Source of the DNA: the human T2T-CHM13v2.0 reference genome, Homo sapiens
Reading direction: 5' to 3' (one strand)
Assembly: GCF_009914755.1 (NCBI RefSeq)
Contig: NC_060926.1
Length of the DNA stretch: 64,000 nt
The notes below the pieces were generated by a model. That model had not been told where the DNA came from. It worked only from the letters and a program-made list of their open reading frames with translations, and made no database searches. This document shows, piece after piece, positions 60,972 to 64,000 of the stretch (position 1 is the first letter of the stretch; the number at the start of each line of letters is the position of its first letter). Both the position numbers and the translations under genes were made by a program.

Positions 60972-61833
60972 AAAAACAACCCCATCTAAAAGTGGGCAAA
61001 GGATATGAACAGGCACTTCTCAAAAGAAGACATTTATGCGGCCAACAAACATGAAAAAAAGCTCATCATCACTGTTCATTAGAGAAATGCAAATGAAAAC
61101 CACAATGAGATACCATCTCACACCAGTTAGAATGGCGATCATTAAAAAGTTAGGGAACAACAGATGCTGGAGAGGATGTGGAGAAATAGTAATGCTTTTA
61201 CACTGCTGGTAGGAGTGTAAATTAGTTCAACCAATGTGGAAGACAGTGTGGTGATTCCTCCAGGATCTAGAACAAGAAATACCATTTGACCCAGCAATCC
61301 CATTACTGGGTATATACCCAAAGGATTATAAATCATTCTACTATAAAGACATATGCACACATATGTTTATTGTGGCATTATTCACAATAGCAGACTTGGA
61401 ACCAACCCAAATGTCCATCAATGATAGAATGGATAAAGAAAATGTGACACATATACATCATGGAATACTATGCAGCTATAAAAAGAATGAGTGAAAAAAT
61501 ATGTCCTTTGCAGGGACATGGATGAAACTGGAAACCGTCATTCTCAGCAAACTAACACAGGAACAGAAAGCCAAACACCACATGTTCTCACTCATAAGTA
61601 GGAGCTGAACAACAAGAACACACGGACACAGGGAGAGGAACATCACACACTAGAGCCTGTTGGGGGTGTAAGGGGCTAGGGGAGGGATAGCATTAGGAGA
61701 AATACCTAATGTAGATGATGGACTGATGGGTGCAGCAAACCACCATGGCAAGTGTATACCTATGCAACAAACCTGCGCATTCTGCACGTGTATCCCAGAA
61801 CTTAAAGTATGATAAAAATAATTAAATAAGTAG

Positions 61834-62228
61834 AGTTTGATCAGTAGTGGGAGTGGAGAGTGGACCTCAGAGAGCCCTGAGCAGCCCCACTTCTGCCGCT
61901 GGTCTAGTTACCATCACTCCCGGGGAGGAGCCACAGCTGCTGCAGCAGGACCCAGTCACCATCACCGCACCCATCAGCAGGGCAGAGACCCAGCACCCAC
62001 CTGCCACCCCTCCCCCACCATTCTCGCACCCCCGCCCCTGCCACTCAGCTTCACCGACACCAAGCCCAGCAATATGGGGAGCGGTGCAAGGACTGGTGAG
62101 ATTTTTAAGAATTTCATTTTTAATTTGTACTAAAAGCTTACAAATTGGTGATTTTTTTCAAAAAAGTCAGCAAACTGCAAGCACCTGTTAATAAAGGTCT
62201 TAATAAATTATCAAATAAATAAATAAAA
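61834..62228 (+). pseudogene. YBX1: YBX1 processed pseudogene with large internal deletion (5'UTR, ~38 codons, last ~110 nt of 3'UTR, A-tail)
   Basis: Matches recalled YBX1 mRNA: 5'UTR gagagccctgagcagccccac..ctagttaccatcac..cagtcaccatcaccgca; ATG>ATC at 61973; AETQ and DTKP..GSGA codons; 3' end aaactgcaagcacctgttaataaaggtctta. Confidence 0.9.
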
Positions 62229-62236
62229 TGGAAAAA

Positions 62237-64000
62237 AGAAAGGAACATTCTTCAGTGAAGTAGACAGCATAAACAAAAAGAAATCACAACTTCTGGAAAT
62301 CAAAGACACAGAGAAATGCAAACTGCACTTGAAAGTCTCAGCAAGAGAATCAAATAAGTAGAAGAAAGAACTTCAGAGCTCAAAGACAAGCCTTTTGAAT
62401 TAACCCAATCCAACAAAAACAAGGAAAAATGAATTAAAAAAAATGAACAAGGCCTTCAAGAAGTTTGGGACTATGTTAAACATCCAAACCTAAGAATAAT
62501 TGGTTTATTCAGAAGAGAAATATAAAAGTTTGGAAAACATCTTTGAGGGTATAATTGAGGAAAACTTTCCCAGCCTTGATAGAGATCTAGACATCCAAAT
62601 ACAAGAAGCTCAAAGAACACCTGGGAAATTCATTGCAAAAAGATCATCACCTAGGCACATAGTCATCAGGTTATCTAAAGTCAAGACAAAGGAAGAATCT
62701 TAAGAGCTATGAGGCAAAAGCATCAGGTAACCTATAAAGGAAAACCTATCAGATTAACAGCAGATTTCTCAGCAGAAACTCTATGAGCTAGAAGGGACCT
62801 GGGTCCTATCTTTAGCCTCCTTGAGCAAAACAATAATTAGCCAAAAATTTTGTATCCAGTGAAACTAAACTTCATAAATGAAGGAAAGATACAGTCTTTT
62901 CCCAGTAAACAAATGCTGAGAGAATTTCCCACTACCTAGCCCTCACTACAAGAACTGCCAAAAGGAGCATGAAATCTTAAAACAAATCCTCAAAATAGAA
63001 CCTCTTTAAAGTGTAAATCTCACAAGAGTTATATAACAATAACACAGTAGAAAAAAAACCCAAGTTATTCAGACAACAAACAGCACAATGAATAGAATAG
63101 TACCACACATCTCAATACTAACATTGAATGTAAATGCCCTAAATGTTCCACTTAAGATACAGAATGGCAGAATGGATAAGAATTCAGCAAACAAGTTTCT
63201 GCTGTCTTAAGGAGACTCACCTAACACATAAGGACTCACATAAACTTTAGGTAAAGTGGTGGAAAAAAGATATTCCACACAAATGAACACCAAAAGTGAG
63301 CAGGAGTAGCTATTCTTATATCAGACAAAACAAACTTTAAAGCAAAAGCAGTTTAAAAAGACAAAGAGGGACATTATATAATGATATAAGAAATAGTCCA
63401 ACAGGAAAATATCACAATTCTAAATATATATGCACCTAACACTGGAGCTCCCAAATTTATAAAGCAATTACTACTAGACCTAGGAAATGAGATATATGGC
63501 AACACAATAATAGTGGAGGACTTTAATACTCCACCGTCAGCACTAGACAGGTCATCAAGACAGAAACTCAACAAATGAACAATGGACTTAAACTATAGCC
63601 TACAACAAATGGACTTAACAGAAATTTACAGAACATTCTACCCAACAATTGCAGAATATACATGCTATTCACCAGCACATGGAACATTCTACATTCTCCA
63701 AGATAAACCATATGATAGACCACAAAGCAAGTCACAGTAAATTTAAGAAAACTAAAATTATATTAAGTATTCTCTGAGACCACAGTCGAATACAATTGGA
63801 AATCAACTCCAGAAGAAACCCTCAGAATCATGCAAATACATGGAAATTAAATAACCTGCTCCTGAATGATTCTTGGGTCCACAATAAAATCCAGATGAAA
63901 ATTTAAAAAAATTTGAACTGAATGATAATACTGACACAACCTATCAAAACCTCTAGAATACAGCAAAGGTGATGCTAAAAGGAAAGTTCATAGCATTAAA
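62237..64000 (+). mobile_element. L1PB right arm (rest of ORF1 and ORF2 EN from ~63088), running off the window
   Basis: ENIFEGIIEENFPSLDRDLDIQIQEAQRTPGKF; ORF2 start MNRIVPHISILTLNVN; continues from 55890. Confidence 0.9.

Noticed and set aside
61837-62191. Two GC-rich ORFs (98 and 114 aa) over the YBX1 retrocopy
   Set aside because: Non-ATG starts in 5'UTR-derived sequence, the true start is mutated to ATC, and the cold-shock domain is absent

Overview
AT-rich hominoid primate genomic DNA (human or great ape, judged from AluY and an L1PA2-type element). I found no intact protein-coding gene, RNA gene or CRISPR array; the ORF-track entries are Alu/L1 translations or chance ORFs. The first ~44 kb is unique DNA with about 18 Alus plus L2, MIR, MaLR/ERV1 solo LTRs and DNA transposons. 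The last 20 kb is almost solid LINE-1: an L1PA15/16, an L1PA2-type element with both ends and an in-frame ~795-bp ORF2 deletion, and a nested stack (old L1M > L1PB > twin-primed L1PA7 > L1PA4/5 > L1PA3). That stack also holds a YBX1 processed pseudogene that keeps both mRNA ends but lacks its middle. Other observations include a decayed reverse-transcriptase relic of non-mammalian L1 type at ~43.35-43.68 kb and a 117-bp unique segment copied into a microsatellite 1.6 kb away. I see no convincing new multi-gene system. Subfamily names come from recalled consensus diagnostics, not from a database search.
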